This document shows, in pieces, positions 63,201-64,000 of a DNA stretch of 64,000 nt. Numbering within the stretch: the first letter of the stretch is position 1; every line of letters starts with the position of its first letter. The stretch is from Eledone cirrhosa. Taxonomy: Eukaryota. The stretch is from positions 370,574,001-370,638,000 of the forward strand of contig OZ024742.1 in assembly GCA_964016885.1 (NCBI GenBank), written 5' to 3'. Made by a program: the position numbers and the translations under genes. Below the pieces are notes generated by a model. The model was not told where the DNA came from. It saw nothing but the letters and a program-made list of their open reading frames with translations, and did no database searches.

Positions 63201-64000
63201 ATATAATGGTGGTTCTACCTAAGGTGAGGTATACTCCTCATATAGTGGTGGTTCTACCTCAGGTGAGATATACTCCTCATATAGTGGTGGTTCTACCTCA
63301 GGTGAGGTATAATCTTCATATAGTGGTGGTTCTACCTCAGTTGAGGTATACTCCTCATATAGTGGTGGTTCTACCTCAGGTGAGGTATACTCCTCATATA
63401 GTGGTGGTTCTACCTCAGGTGAGATATACTCCTCATATAATGGTGGTTCTACCTCAGGTGAGGTTTAGTCCTCATATAGTGGTGGTTCTACCTCAGGTGA
63501 GAAATACTCCTCATATAGTGGTGGTTCTACCTCAGATGAGATATACTCCTCATATAATAGTGGTTCAACCTGAGGTGAGATATACTCCTCATATAATGGT
63601 GGTTCTACCTCAGGTGAGATATACTCCTCATATAGTGGTGGTTCTACCTCAGGTGAGATATACTCCTCATATAATGGTGGTTCTACCTCAGGTGAGATAT
63701 ACTCCTCATATAGTGGTGGTTCTACCTCAGGTGAGATATACTCCTCATATAGTGGTGGTTCTACCTCAAGTGAGATATACTCGTCATATAGTGGTGGTTC
63801 TACCTCAGGTGAGGTATACTCCTCATATAGTGGTGGTTCTACCTCATGTGAGATATACTCCTCATATAGTGGAGGTACTACCTCAGGTGAGGTATACTCC
63901 TCATATAGTGGTGGTTCTACCTCAGGTGAGGTATACTCCTCATATAGTGGTGGTTCTACCTCAGGTGAGGTATACTCCTCATATAATGGTGGTTCTACCT
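57204..64000 (+). repeat. 39-bp satellite (GTGGTGGTTCTACCTCAGGTGAG(G/A)TATACTCCTCATATA), about 174 units, open at the right edge
   Basis: Continuous tandem units; 13-aa periodicity in the ORF track; higher-order duplications. Confidence 0.98.

Overview
Gene-free, repeat-saturated eukaryotic (animal) DNA that looks like heterochromatin. The SINE and RTE motifs resemble octopus/cephalopod repeats; this is recalled resemblance, not a search result. No host protein-coding gene is supported. Contents: (1) a >=29.5 kb 48-bp satellite with nested higher-order duplications, whose monomer and right junction match the 3' UTR of RTE-clade LINEs in the same window, so it appears to be a 3'-UTR minisatellite expanded in place; (2) two near-full-length decayed RTE copies (APE-RT with a PHD-type finger inside the RT region, (GAT)n tails) plus several 3' fragments; (3) a Penelope-like GIY-YIG C-terminal remnant, tRNA-derived SINEs, a MITE and a non-autonomous Helitron; (4) 53-bp, 20-bp, 60/72-bp and 39-bp tandem arrays; (5) a solo LTR and an apparently full-length, frameshifted Tx1/L1-type element, both inserted at nearly the same position of the 60/72-bp monomer. 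The long ORFs inside the arrays are translation artefacts of unit lengths divisible by 3.
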